This document shows, in pieces, positions 9,739-18,233 of a stretch of DNA of 64,000 nucleotides (position 1 is the first letter of the stretch; each line of letters opens with the position of its first letter). Origin of the DNA: Pseudomonadota bacterium (GTDB taxonomy: Bacteria > Pseudomonadota > Gammaproteobacteria > Ga0077536); NCBI GenBank assembly GCA_036158955.1, contig JAYYFI010000015.1:59849-123848 (forward strand), written 5' to 3'. A program made the position numbers and the translations under genes. The notes beneath the pieces were generated by a model, which had not been told where the DNA came from, did no database searches, and was given only the letters and a program-made list of their open reading frames with translations.

Positions 9739-10256
9739 TGCAAAACTTATTAGATCCAACAGGTGAACTTGATCCAATATCTAAAAAACCCCTCAAGAAA
9801 ATTAAAGCAACCCCAAGCACGATAGTTGGCCTGATTGATATTTCTAAAGCAAAAGGCGATGTTTTTTTAGATAGAATTGAAAAGCTTTTCATAAAAAAGG
9901 GGCTACAAACAAAACGATATAAAAAACCTACGTTTGCCCGGCCCGCGCCAATTAGCCTAATTCAACAAATAACGACAGAGGTAAATGTTGTTGTTCAAGG
10001 ACTAGCTGACTGAGGCTCATGTACGTCTTGCAGTTTGCAGGACATCAGAGAGTTGGATGCTCGTGGTATCCCCGGAGGCTTCGTGGCATCAGAACCGTTT
10101 AAAATATCGGCAGACAGCCATGCGAAATCTCTGGGCTTTAATGCGGATGGGGTATTTGTTACGCATCCAATCCAAGACAGAACAAATGACGAATTAGATA
10201 AGCTGGCGGAACGATATTTTAACGATATTTTTAAGCTTGTTTTTGATGTCGACTAA
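9738..10256 (+). CDS. UGSC-motif selenoprotein; the in-frame UGA at 10011-10013 is decoded as Sec (codon 92)
   Basis: ORF-track fragments 9681-10013 and 10035-10256 share one frame. Read-through gives ...QGLAD-U-GSCTSCSLQDIRELD.... ATG 9738 overlaps the upstream TAA by 1 nt. A SECIS-like hairpin lies 11 nt after the UGA, and selA, selB and tRNA-Sec are in the same window. Confidence 0.8.
10025..10043 (+). promoter_or_regulatory. putative bacterial SECIS hairpin
   Basis: GUCUUGCA-GUU-UGCAGGAC forms an 8-bp stem (one G.U pair) with a G/U apical loop. It starts 11 nt 3' of the UGA. The UUGCAG/UGCA content resembles the E. coli fdhF mini-SECIS. Confidence 0.55.
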
Positions 10257-10351
10257 CGTATAGTTTTTTAAAACAACTTAGCTATCGAAAATTAACATGA
10301 TCTAAAACAAAGAATATGTAGCCCCGATTACATAGAAAAGATAACTTATTT

Positions 10352-11077
10352 CTAATGATTGTAGTCATCCAGAAATTGTTCACATTTCAAAATTGCAGCA
10401 TCTCGCGATTCACCATCCTTCCATGAATCTATAAGTTGTGTATTAGGTGCATTATTTACTATTAACTCAGATGAAGAACTAGGGTGAAATAAATCATTAC
10501 CCAAAAGAACTAATAACGGGGTATTACAGGTTGATAAAAAAGATTCATCAAGATTAAAAAAAACTTTATTAGACCCAAACATATTTGTCCTGAAGCCATC
10601 AAATGTCTCTCTACTAATATTATCTTGTCGTAGACTAACCTCATCTGCCCATTCATCGAATAATCGATAAAAAGCTTCTCGATTACCATCTAAACCAATG
10701 GTTTGAAAAATAGTTGCAGAAATAACCCTACTGGGAACTGCATCAATAATACCTAAACAATATGGTCCTCCTATACACATTCCGGCGACGTTAAATTTAT
10801 CAATGCCTAAGTGGTCCACGAGTCCTATCTGGTCTTCAATATAGCATTGCCACCCATCTTCAGCAGTAACTGGTGCGACCGAACGGCCTGCATTTCTCTG
10901 ATCCATCGCAATTACCCGATATTTTTGAAAAAGCTCTTTACGCGGATCCCAAGGAGTATTTTGCCAAAAATCTAGCGAGGATTTCATTCCACCTGGAGCT
11001 AGAATCAAAAGAGCAGGAAGATCTTCACCGGAATCTTCGTAATAAATAGATACATCGTTCTTTACAAAATAAGACAT
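10352..11077 (-). CDS. alpha/beta-fold hydrolase with a Cys at the nucleophile elbow
   Basis: 241 aa. The elbow reads NVAGMCIGGPY, with Cys101 at 10775-10777, resembling the dienelactone-hydrolase G-x-C-x-G. Confidence 0.7.
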   Translation of the reverse strand: MSYFVKNDVSIYYEDSGEDLPALLILAPGGMKSSLDFWQNTPWDPRKELFQKYRVIAMDQRNAGRSVAPVTAEDGWQCYIEDQIGLVDHLGIDKFNVAGMCIGGPYCLGIIDAVPSRVISATIFQTIGLDGNREAFYRLFDEWADEVSLRQDNISRETFDGFRTNMFGSNKVFFNLDESFLSTCNTPLLVLLGNDLFHPSSSSELIVNNAPNTQLIDSWKDGESRDAAILKCEQFLDDYNH

Positions 11078-11213
11078 ATTACCAATCCTCTTAATTTTAA
11101 TGGTAACATTTTCTTGTATAGTTAATCTAATCAGAGTTTAATTTTAGTTACACTAATTTGAATATACGAATCATGCTTCTCTTAACAAATACATTGCTTG
11201 GTGTTTGCTTCAT

Positions 11214-11579
11214 ATGAAAAATCATTTCGCTACAACTATCAATCTCTCTGAGACTATCGAAATCTACTATAAAGATGAGTTTTTTGCCGAATCAAATAAG
11301 GTGGTAGAGTTAAAAGAGCAATTCAGGGGAAAAAATTTAAATCCAGTTTTCTATTTTCCTCAAAGTATTTTAGTAGGGATTTCCGTTCGAAAAGAGAAAA
11401 CTACCTCGTATTGCCCAATTAAGGGCATCGCCTCATATTGGTCTTATAAAGACACGAATAATTGTATCTGGTCCTACGAAGAACCAATAAAGGAATTAAG
11501 CCTGATTAAAGGGTACTACAGCTTTTATGAAGACAAAGGCTTTGAGATAAGAAGAAAACGAATTTTTAAACCGTCGTAA
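11214..11579 (+). CDS. DUF427-like protein
   Basis: About 121 aa from ATG 11214. Motifs: ...PVFYFPQS..., TSYCPIKGIASYWSY and YYSFYED. Confidence 0.55.
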   Translation: MKNHFATTINLSETIEIYYKDEFFAESNKVVELKEQFRGKNLNPVFYFPQSILVGISVRKEKTTSYCPIKGIASYWSYKDTNNCIWSYEEPIKELSLIKGYYSFYEDKGFEIRRKRIFKPS

Positions 11580-12327
11580 AAGCCCCATCTATCGGAATAT
11601 TGGCGCCAGTAATAAAACTGGCCTCTTCAGAACACAAAAAAACTACTGGGTTAGCAATTTCTTCGCATTCACCTACTCTACCAATAGGATGCAAAGACTC
11701 AAAAAAGTCTTGCGCCTCAGAACTACCTTTTGTAAACCGATTATACATTTCAGTTTTTACAGCTCCTGGGGAAACTGCATTAACTCGAATCCCTTGTGAA
11801 CCATATTCAACTGCTACAGCTTTAGTTAAACCAATCACCGCATGCTTTGAAGCACTGTATACACTCATTCCTGGCATTCCAATAGTGCCAGAAATAGAGG
11901 AACTATTGACTATAGAACCACCGCCACTTTTTAACATTGCTGGAATCTCATACTTCATTGAGTTCATGACACCGAGGACATTGGTGTTTATAACATTGTG
12001 AAAATTTTGATCTGTTTGTTCAGTTACAGGCACTACCTGCCCCTCAATAGCGGCATTATTAAATGCATAATCTAGTCTGCCAAATGCTTCTAAAACAGAT
12101 TCCACCATCTGATGACAATCTTTTTCTCTGCTTATGTCACCACATATGAAGCGACCGTCTACACCCATAGATCGTAACCGAGTCAAAACTTTATCGCCCA
12201 GATCTTTACGGCGACCCGTTATAGCTACATTCGCCCCAAGATTGGCAAAAGCTAATGCAGAGGCTTCACCGATGCCCGATGTACCACCTGTAACTAAAGC
12301 GACTTTGCCGATAAACTTTTTGTCCAT
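11566..12327 (-). CDS. SDR family oxidoreductase (FabG / glucose-1-dehydrogenase-like)
   Basis: 253 aa. Motifs: TGGTSGIGEA, NNAAI and YSASKHAV (YxxxK). Confidence 0.85.
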   Translation of the reverse strand: MDKKFIGKVALVTGGTSGIGEASALAFANLGANVAITGRRKDLGDKVLTRLRSMGVDGRFICGDISREKDCHQMVESVLEAFGRLDYAFNNAAIEGQVVPVTEQTDQNFHNVINTNVLGVMNSMKYEIPAMLKSGGGSIVNSSSISGTIGMPGMSVYSASKHAVIGLTKAVAVEYGSQGIRVNAVSPGAVKTEMYNRFTKGSSEAQDFFESLHPIGRVGECEEIANPVVFLCSEEASFITGANIPIDGAFTTV

Positions 12328-12449
12328 ATCAAGTTAGTCCGTATCCAGTTTAATTTTTGTTAGAATTTTGGAATAAAATATTAAAGCCCCCTAACAACTA
12401 GTGAAGCCGTGTATCCCCGCTTTAAACAACTAATTTAAATAATTAAAGT

Positions 12450-12525
12450 TGGCGTCCCCTAGGGGATTCGAACCCCTGTTGCCGCCGTGAAAGGGCGGTG
12501 TCCTAGGCCTCTAGACGAAGGGGAC
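12450..12525 (-). tRNA. tRNA-Glu (anticodon UUC), CCA encoded
   Basis: The reverse complement GTCCCCTTCGTCTAGAGGCCTAGGACACCGCCCTTTCACGGCGGCAACAGGGGTTCGAATCCCCTAGGGGACGCCA is near-identical to E. coli tRNA-Glu. Confidence 0.95.
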
Positions 12526-12548
12526 TAATCCTTCTTTGATTCACGAAT

Positions 12549-12624
<76 letters not shown>

Positions 12625-12707
12625 CTCAAAGGAAAGTATACCTCATTACCGCAACATTGAATATTATACACCAAACTACCGATGTAGATCGAAGTAATTA
12701 TCTCGAC

Positions 12708-14108
12708 CTATAAATAACTCCCAAAGTTTTCAGAAGCGAAACACATCCTATCCAGACTTTCACTGCGTCCTAAAATATTTAGAGTTTTGGATATATCTGG
12801 AGAGTTAGTCCCTCCTGACAATGCTATTCTAATCGATTGCCCGAGCATTGGAAATGCTATGTTATTATCTGCAACAATCTTTTTTAATTCGCCATCGATA
12901 GACTCCGAATTCCAGTCATCGAGTCCTTTGAGCCTGTCTATTGTTTGATTCAAAATATTGAGCGATTGGGAGTTTATGAATTTCTGCTTCGCTTTACTCT
13001 CAAAAACCGAAGGTTTCTTAAAGAAGAAAAGGCTTTTTTCAGCCATATCTTTAAGTGTAGTAGCACGTCCCACATAAAGAGATATAACCTTCTCAACAAA
13101 GCATTGCTCAAAATTCTCTGATTCCTCAATAAAAGTCTTAAAGGCTTTAACAAGAGAACTAGGGGGGCTAATAATCATATGCTGCTGATTAAACCAATGC
13201 AGTTTTTTGGTGTCAAATCGGGCAGAACTTTTCGATATCGACGACAATTCAAATTGTCCAAGTAATTTTTCTTTATGGTATACCTCACCTCCAGAGCCCG
13301 ACCACCCAATATTAGCCAGGTAGTTCAACAGAGCGCTAGGTAATATACCTTCTTGCACGAAATTTAGAATATTTCCAGAACCAGAACGTTTTGATAGTTT
13401 TTTACCATCGATTGAATGTAGCAGAGGGATGTGACCGTAGGCTGGTATTTTTGCATTAAGTGCATTTAGAATATGAACTTGCCTTGGAGTGTTATTGAGG
13501 TGGTCGTCACCTCGAATTATGTGTGAGACCTTTGCTTCGATATCGTCGACAACCGAACTCAAATGGTATGTCGGTGTCCCATCTGACCGTGCAATAATCA
13601 AGTCATCAAGCTCACTATTTTGATATTCAATAGGTCCTTGAACTAAATCATGGAACTTAACAATTCCCGATTCAGGAATTTTCAGCCTGATAACAAATGG
13701 CTTGCCAATATCTGCCATTATTTTCAGATCTCTACATCGTCTATCGTATCTTGGCTTTGATCCAGACTCTCTTTGCGAGGCTCTGAGGTCTTCCAGTCTC
13801 TCTGAGCTGCATACGCACCTGTAAGCTTTCCCTGTTTCAAGCAATTCGTTGATAATTTTCCTATGGTAAAGAGCCGTATCGCTTTGACGGACTACAGGTC
13901 CCTCAAAATCTAAACCAAACCAAGCCAGACTATCAAGTATGGACGATTCAAATTCTCGAGACGAACGCTCCCTATCCGTATCCTCCATTCTAACCACGAA
14001 CTTACCACCATTCTGTCTGGCATAGATCCAGTTTATTATAGCTGTCCTTGCCCCTCCCAAATGCAGATGCCCTGTAGGACTCGGAGGAAACCGAGTTACG
14101 ACACTCAT
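12708..14108 (-). CDS. gltX: glutamate--tRNA ligase
   Basis: 466 aa. HIGH-type motif PSPTGHLHLGGARTA, KMSKS-type motif KLSKRSG, and a class I GluRS layout. Confidence 0.95.
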   Translation of the reverse strand: MSVVTRFPPSPTGHLHLGGARTAIINWIYARQNGGKFVVRMEDTDRERSSREFESSILDSLAWFGLDFEGPVVRQSDTALYHRKIINELLETGKAYRCVCSSERLEDLRASQRESGSKPRYDRRCRDLKIMADIGKPFVIRLKIPESGIVKFHDLVQGPIEYQNSELDDLIIARSDGTPTYHLSSVVDDIEAKVSHIIRGDDHLNNTPRQVHILNALNAKIPAYGHIPLLHSIDGKKLSKRSGSGNILNFVQEGILPSALLNYLANIGWSGSGGEVYHKEKLLGQFELSSISKSSARFDTKKLHWFNQQHMIISPPSSLVKAFKTFIEESENFEQCFVEKVISLYVGRATTLKDMAEKSLFFFKKPSVFESKAKQKFINSQSLNILNQTIDRLKGLDDWNSESIDGELKKIVADNNIAFPMLGQSIRIALSGGTNSPDISKTLNILGRSESLDRMCFASENFGSYL

Positions 14109-14117
14109 AGCGCTAAC

Positions 14118-14558
14118 CTAAATCGATAATTTTCCGCGCATTATGCCGTAGTGACCCGGAAAGGAACAGAAAAATGTATACTCTTTTCCGGCTTCAAGTT
14201 TCGCTGGCTCAAAAGATGTAGAAGTGGTTTCTCCACCCCCTATCATGGCTGTTTTCGCGATTATTCGGTCGTCTGTTGGCAGAAAACCATTATCTATTCC
14301 GGCATCCATGCTTATCATTCCAATGATTTCGTCAAACGAATCTGTAGGAACAATAACTATATTATGACCCATTATTGATTTATCCAACTTACCAGAATGG
14401 TTAAGTTTTATCTCGAAATTTGTACAACCGCTGTCCACGTTGATTGTATTAACGTCATACTGCATCATATCATTACCATTAATAGTGATTTCGCACTCAG
14501 AAGCGAATGGGCTTCCAAATGAAAACAATATTACTATCGCCATTATTAATCTATTCAT
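14118..14558 (-). CDS. azurin (blue copper protein) precursor
   Basis: Start at ATG 14558 with an AAGGAAA SD. Signal peptide MNRLIMAIVILFSFGSPFASE, mature N-terminus ECEITINGNDMMQYD, and Cu-ligand loop FFCSFPGHYGIMRGKL. Confidence 0.85.
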   Translation of the reverse strand: MNRLIMAIVILFSFGSPFASECEITINGNDMMQYDVNTINVDSGCTNFEIKLNHSGKLDKSIMGHNIVIVPTDSFDEIIGMISMDAGIDNGFLPTDDRIIAKTAMIGGGETTSTSFEPAKLEAGKEYTFFCSFPGHYGIMRGKLSI

Positions 14559-14636
14559 AACATTTTCCTTATCAAATTTATACGTTAATACGTTTATACC
14601 AAACAATACGTTCATGCCTCTAAAACGAAAATTTTA

Positions 14637-14729
14637 CGGAAGAGGTAGGAGTCGAACCCACCAAACGCTCTAAATAAACGTTTCACCGGTTTTGAAGACC
14701 GGGCACCTCACCGGAGGCAATGCTCTTCC
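14637..14729 (-). tRNA. selC: tRNA-Sec (anticodon UCA), CCA not encoded
   Basis: The reverse complement is GGAAGAGCATTGCCTCCGGTGAGGTGCCCGGTCTTCAAAACCGGTGAAACGTTTATTTAGAGCGTTTGGTGGGTTCGACTCCTACCTCTTCCG. It has anticodon loop CUUCAAA and a long variable arm. The 5' end, D-arm and T-arm are similar to E. coli selC. It lies 25 nt downstream of selB. Confidence 0.85.
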
Positions 14730-14754
14730 GTCTTGATATTAGCAGAATAGCGGC

Positions 14755-16659
14755 TCAACCTCGATTTTTTCTTAAAATTCTTGTGTTGTTCACTCTCAGG
14801 GTAACGTTACTTTTATCTAAATATTCAAGCAACTCTATAGTCTGATTTCTTCCCAATAAAGAGTTATTTTTAAAATCAGCAACTGTAAAAGAGTTATTAG
14901 AATTCTGTTCCGCCAATACACTGCATATTTTCTTAGCTTCAGCAATTAAATCAATTGAGCAATATCGTTTATCACTGATTTTAACAACCTCCCCCAGTCT
15001 CACTCTCTCTTTCAAGAATACGGAGATTTCACTATTAGTAATTTTTGTTCGGTCGCTTAATTGGTTTATCGTATAAATCTGATCAAATTTTCGACCAAAA
15101 CATGAATTAAGTTGGTCAATTTTGCTTTGGTTATCATTATCTGTTTTTGGTTTATGGTTTTTTAAAGCATACTGATTTTGCCTATTTTCGATAATATTAT
15201 TTTCCTCAAGTTTTTTTAAAAGAACTGAAAGAAAAAGCCGCCTGTCAAATTCTAAATATTGTTGAGTTACTTCAAAAATTTCTCCTATATGGAAATCTGA
15301 CTTTGTCGGACTGTTCATATGGAGGTCCTCCAACGCAGCGATAACCTGCGAACATATATTCTCATAATTTTTTTGATCTATAACTACTGGGCAATTTTTG
15401 AGCGATAAATGTACTAAAGGTCGACCACTAATAATTCCTTTAAATTCGCTATCTCGTAGATTTAACTTTCTTCTAAAAATATCAGAATTTATTCCAGTAA
15501 CATTTTCCCGCAACATGATATCAAAAAGAGATTCGATGCTTTTTATCGAAGAGTAAAATATTCGCTTTCTTTTTTTGCTGCTGATTTCGCTCAAATCTGG
15601 CATAGGATCAATTACAATGCCACCTCCGATAGTGTGTCTTGCAGATTGATCTCGTATAATGAATCTATCACCTCTTACAGCATGAATATTCTTTTTCAGC
15701 GTGACTTTAGCGAATTTATATTTGGCATCAATTTCTAGAGATTTAAGTACAAAAATTTTTCCGGTAGTATGCTGAGAGGCTAGGTGAAAATGAACAGATA
15801 AATTTTCCGATTTTCCTTTAAAGAGTTTAGCAGGTACTTCTACGATCAGATTTTTCGATAAGTTATCTATTTCCGAATCAACCATCCAATCTCCTCTTGA
15901 TAACTCGATTTTCCCTAAGTTACTGCCACTGATATTTAATGCACACCTATCACCGATCTTGCTTCGTGTAGCAGGTTCATCTTGAACTCTAAGGTTTCTT
16001 ATCTTTATCATTGTTTTGGAGGGTAAATGCATGACCGTATCCCCAATCCTGATTTCCCCAGAAAATACCGAACCAGTAACAACTTTTCCAATTCCTGGTA
16101 GCGAAAACCTCCGATCTATTGCCATTCTAAAGGAACCGGAGTTGGGTTTAGCCCTAATAGATTTTTTTAGGTTAGCAAGAACCTTCTTGAGCTCTAATAT
16201 ACCAATTCCATTGTCATTTGAAACAAAAACACTAGGTGCGTTTTCAAAAAATGTCCCCTTGGCTAATTCAAAGAAACGGTCTTTTACCGCCGTCGCTCTA
16301 ATATCCGAAACTAGGTCCAGCTTGGTAAATGCTACAGCTACCTTATTAATTCCTAAAAGTTCCAATATTTTGATATGTTCGTGGGTCTGAGGCATCGGGC
16401 CATCGTCCAGAGCCACAACCAAAATAGCTAAGTCAATACAACCAATCCCGGCCACCATTGTATGAACGAATTTTTCGTGGCCCGGAACATCTATAAAACC
16501 TGTAATATCACCATCACCTAAGTCCGCATAAGCAAATCCTAAATCTATACTCATACCTCTTTTCTTTTCTTCAGGTAAAGTATCAGTATCTTTGTTCGTT
16601 AGAGAACGAACCAATCGTGTTTTTCCGTGATCAATATGTCCAGCCGTTGCAAATATCAA
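14755..16659 (-). CDS. selB: selenocysteine-specific translation elongation factor
   Basis: 634 aa. GTPase motifs AGHIDHGKT, DVPGHEKF and TKLD, plus a long C-terminal winged-helix-type extension. The TTG start overlaps the selA TGA (TTGA). Confidence 0.95.
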   Translation of the reverse strand: MIFATAGHIDHGKTRLVRSLTNKDTDTLPEEKKRGMSIDLGFAYADLGDGDITGFIDVPGHEKFVHTMVAGIGCIDLAILVVALDDGPMPQTHEHIKILELLGINKVAVAFTKLDLVSDIRATAVKDRFFELAKGTFFENAPSVFVSNDNGIGILELKKVLANLKKSIRAKPNSGSFRMAIDRRFSLPGIGKVVTGSVFSGEIRIGDTVMHLPSKTMIKIRNLRVQDEPATRSKIGDRCALNISGSNLGKIELSRGDWMVDSEIDNLSKNLIVEVPAKLFKGKSENLSVHFHLASQHTTGKIFVLKSLEIDAKYKFAKVTLKKNIHAVRGDRFIIRDQSARHTIGGGIVIDPMPDLSEISSKKRKRIFYSSIKSIESLFDIMLRENVTGINSDIFRRKLNLRDSEFKGIISGRPLVHLSLKNCPVVIDQKNYENICSQVIAALEDLHMNSPTKSDFHIGEIFEVTQQYLEFDRRLFLSVLLKKLEENNIIENRQNQYALKNHKPKTDNDNQSKIDQLNSCFGRKFDQIYTINQLSDRTKITNSEISVFLKERVRLGEVVKISDKRYCSIDLIAEAKKICSVLAEQNSNNSFTVADFKNNSLLGRNQTIELLEYLDKSNVTLRVNNTRILRKNRG

Positions 16660-18065
16660 AGCGATGATTGCCCTAACTTTTTAAGCTGCTCGATCAGTTT
16701 ACCCCCGTTTTCTAAACATCGGCAATCAAGAACGATACTTTGTTTGGTTATTCTGCCGATAATAGGGCAAGGTAACTCTCGTAACATCTCGTTAAGTTTT
16801 TCTATGGAAATTGACTCACCAGCTAACGGAGTTATTTTCAATCCATAACTCGGCAAAGAGTCAATCGGAAGGGCACCGCTACCGACTTGACTTTTACATT
16901 CAGTAAGCTGAATCGATGCAACGGAATTTAAGAAAGACAAAGCTTCCTTCAAAACATAATTGGCAATTTCCTTAATCTCATTAGGTGAGCGATTTAAATA
17001 TTTCTGGGTTGGGATTTTCTGTTTAATTTTTTCTGAGTTGCCCATATAAATACGTAGAACCTCAGACATCGAAGCAACGGTAACTTTATCAATTCGCATC
17101 GCCCTTTTTACTGGATTTCGTCGAATTTCATTGATAAATTTTGCTTTACCTGCAATAACGCCACACTGAGGCCCCCCTAACAATTTGTCTCCGCTAAAAG
17201 TGACTAAATCCACGCCGCGCGCTAGAATATTCTTTATAGTATCTTCAGTTGTTGAATCGGTCGTGATTGTATTAATAAGATTTCCACTTCCTGCATCAAC
17301 TACAAATGGGACGTTATTTTTGTTTGCAAGGTCAGCCAAAAGTTTTTCGTCAACACTACTAGTAAACCCAACAATCTCATAATTACTTGTATAAACTTTC
17401 ATAATTAACCCAGTATTTGTGCTAATAACATCTGAATAATCTGATAAATGAGTTCGATTAGTCGTACCAACCTCCATTAGTTGAGCGCCAGCATTCCTCA
17501 TAATCTCGGGTATTCTAAACTGGCCTCCGATCTCAACTAATTCCCCGCGAGAAATAACAACCTCTTTTTTCATTCCGAATGTGTTCAGAATCAAGAAGAC
17601 GGCAGCCGCGTTATTATTGACAAATGTCGCATCCTCGGCATTCGTTAACTCTTTTATATTTTCAATCAGGAATCTCTCTCTTTCCCCTCTTTTTCCCGTC
17701 GACAAATCAAATTCTAAATCTGTGAAATTCTCCATTACTCTTATCGCTGATTTTACAGCACCCTCGGGAAATAATGACCTTCCCAAATTCGTGTGCACAA
17801 CTATTCCCGTCAAATTTAAAACTTCTCTGATCTCAGGGCTTGTTCCCATGCAAATTCTTCTGAGCCTTACATAGATATCTTCTTTACAAACCGATTGTAA
17901 CTCGCCTATTTTTATCTCCTCCTGCATTTGAGAAATAAGGAGCCGCAGATTAGATTTAACAATCTTTCGACCAAATTCTTCCTGTAATTCGGCACCTTTC
18001 GTATCTCTCAGCAACCGATCTATTGAAGGAATCGAAGAGATTATTTCTTTTAAACTAGGTTCCAT
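16656..18065 (-). CDS. selA: L-seryl-tRNA(Sec) selenium transferase
   Basis: 469 aa. PLP-lysine motif FSGDKLLGGPQCGVIAG, and collinear with E. coli SelA. Confidence 0.95.
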   Translation of the reverse strand: MEPSLKEIISSIPSIDRLLRDTKGAELQEEFGRKIVKSNLRLLISQMQEEIKIGELQSVCKEDIYVRLRRICMGTSPEIREVLNLTGIVVHTNLGRSLFPEGAVKSAIRVMENFTDLEFDLSTGKRGERERFLIENIKELTNAEDATFVNNNAAAVFLILNTFGMKKEVVISRGELVEIGGQFRIPEIMRNAGAQLMEVGTTNRTHLSDYSDVISTNTGLIMKVYTSNYEIVGFTSSVDEKLLADLANKNNVPFVVDAGSGNLINTITTDSTTEDTIKNILARGVDLVTFSGDKLLGGPQCGVIAGKAKFINEIRRNPVKRAMRIDKVTVASMSEVLRIYMGNSEKIKQKIPTQKYLNRSPNEIKEIANYVLKEALSFLNSVASIQLTECKSQVGSGALPIDSLPSYGLKITPLAGESISIEKLNEMLRELPCPIIGRITKQSIVLDCRCLENGGKLIEQLKKLGQSSL

Positions 18066-18233
18066 AATATGTTTTCAATGTCAGTGGGATAATTGTCCAT
18101 TATAAATATAGATTAGGTTTAAAAACTAGGATTAAAATCTTAAAGAGAAACCTCCGAAAATATATGCTTGAAGGAAGCTCATAATTATCGTATAAAACTA
18201 TTAATAGTAAATACTAATAGGAGATTTGAGTTG

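Noticed and set aside
9681-10256. Two separate small ORFs (9681-10013 and 10035-10256) as listed in the ORF track
   Set aside because: They share a frame and are interrupted only by UGA plus seven sense codons. The 5' extension from 9681 lies inside the upstream gene, and the 10035 'start' is an internal TTG (Leu). I interpret them as one Sec-containing gene, 9738-10256.
14440-14673. Plus-strand ORF and the long N-terminal extension of the azurin ORF (to 14615) next to or overlapping tRNA-Sec
   Set aside because: The plus-strand ORF runs antisense through azurin and into the tRNA-Sec gene. Azurin has a proper SD plus ATG at 14558, giving a canonical signal peptide.
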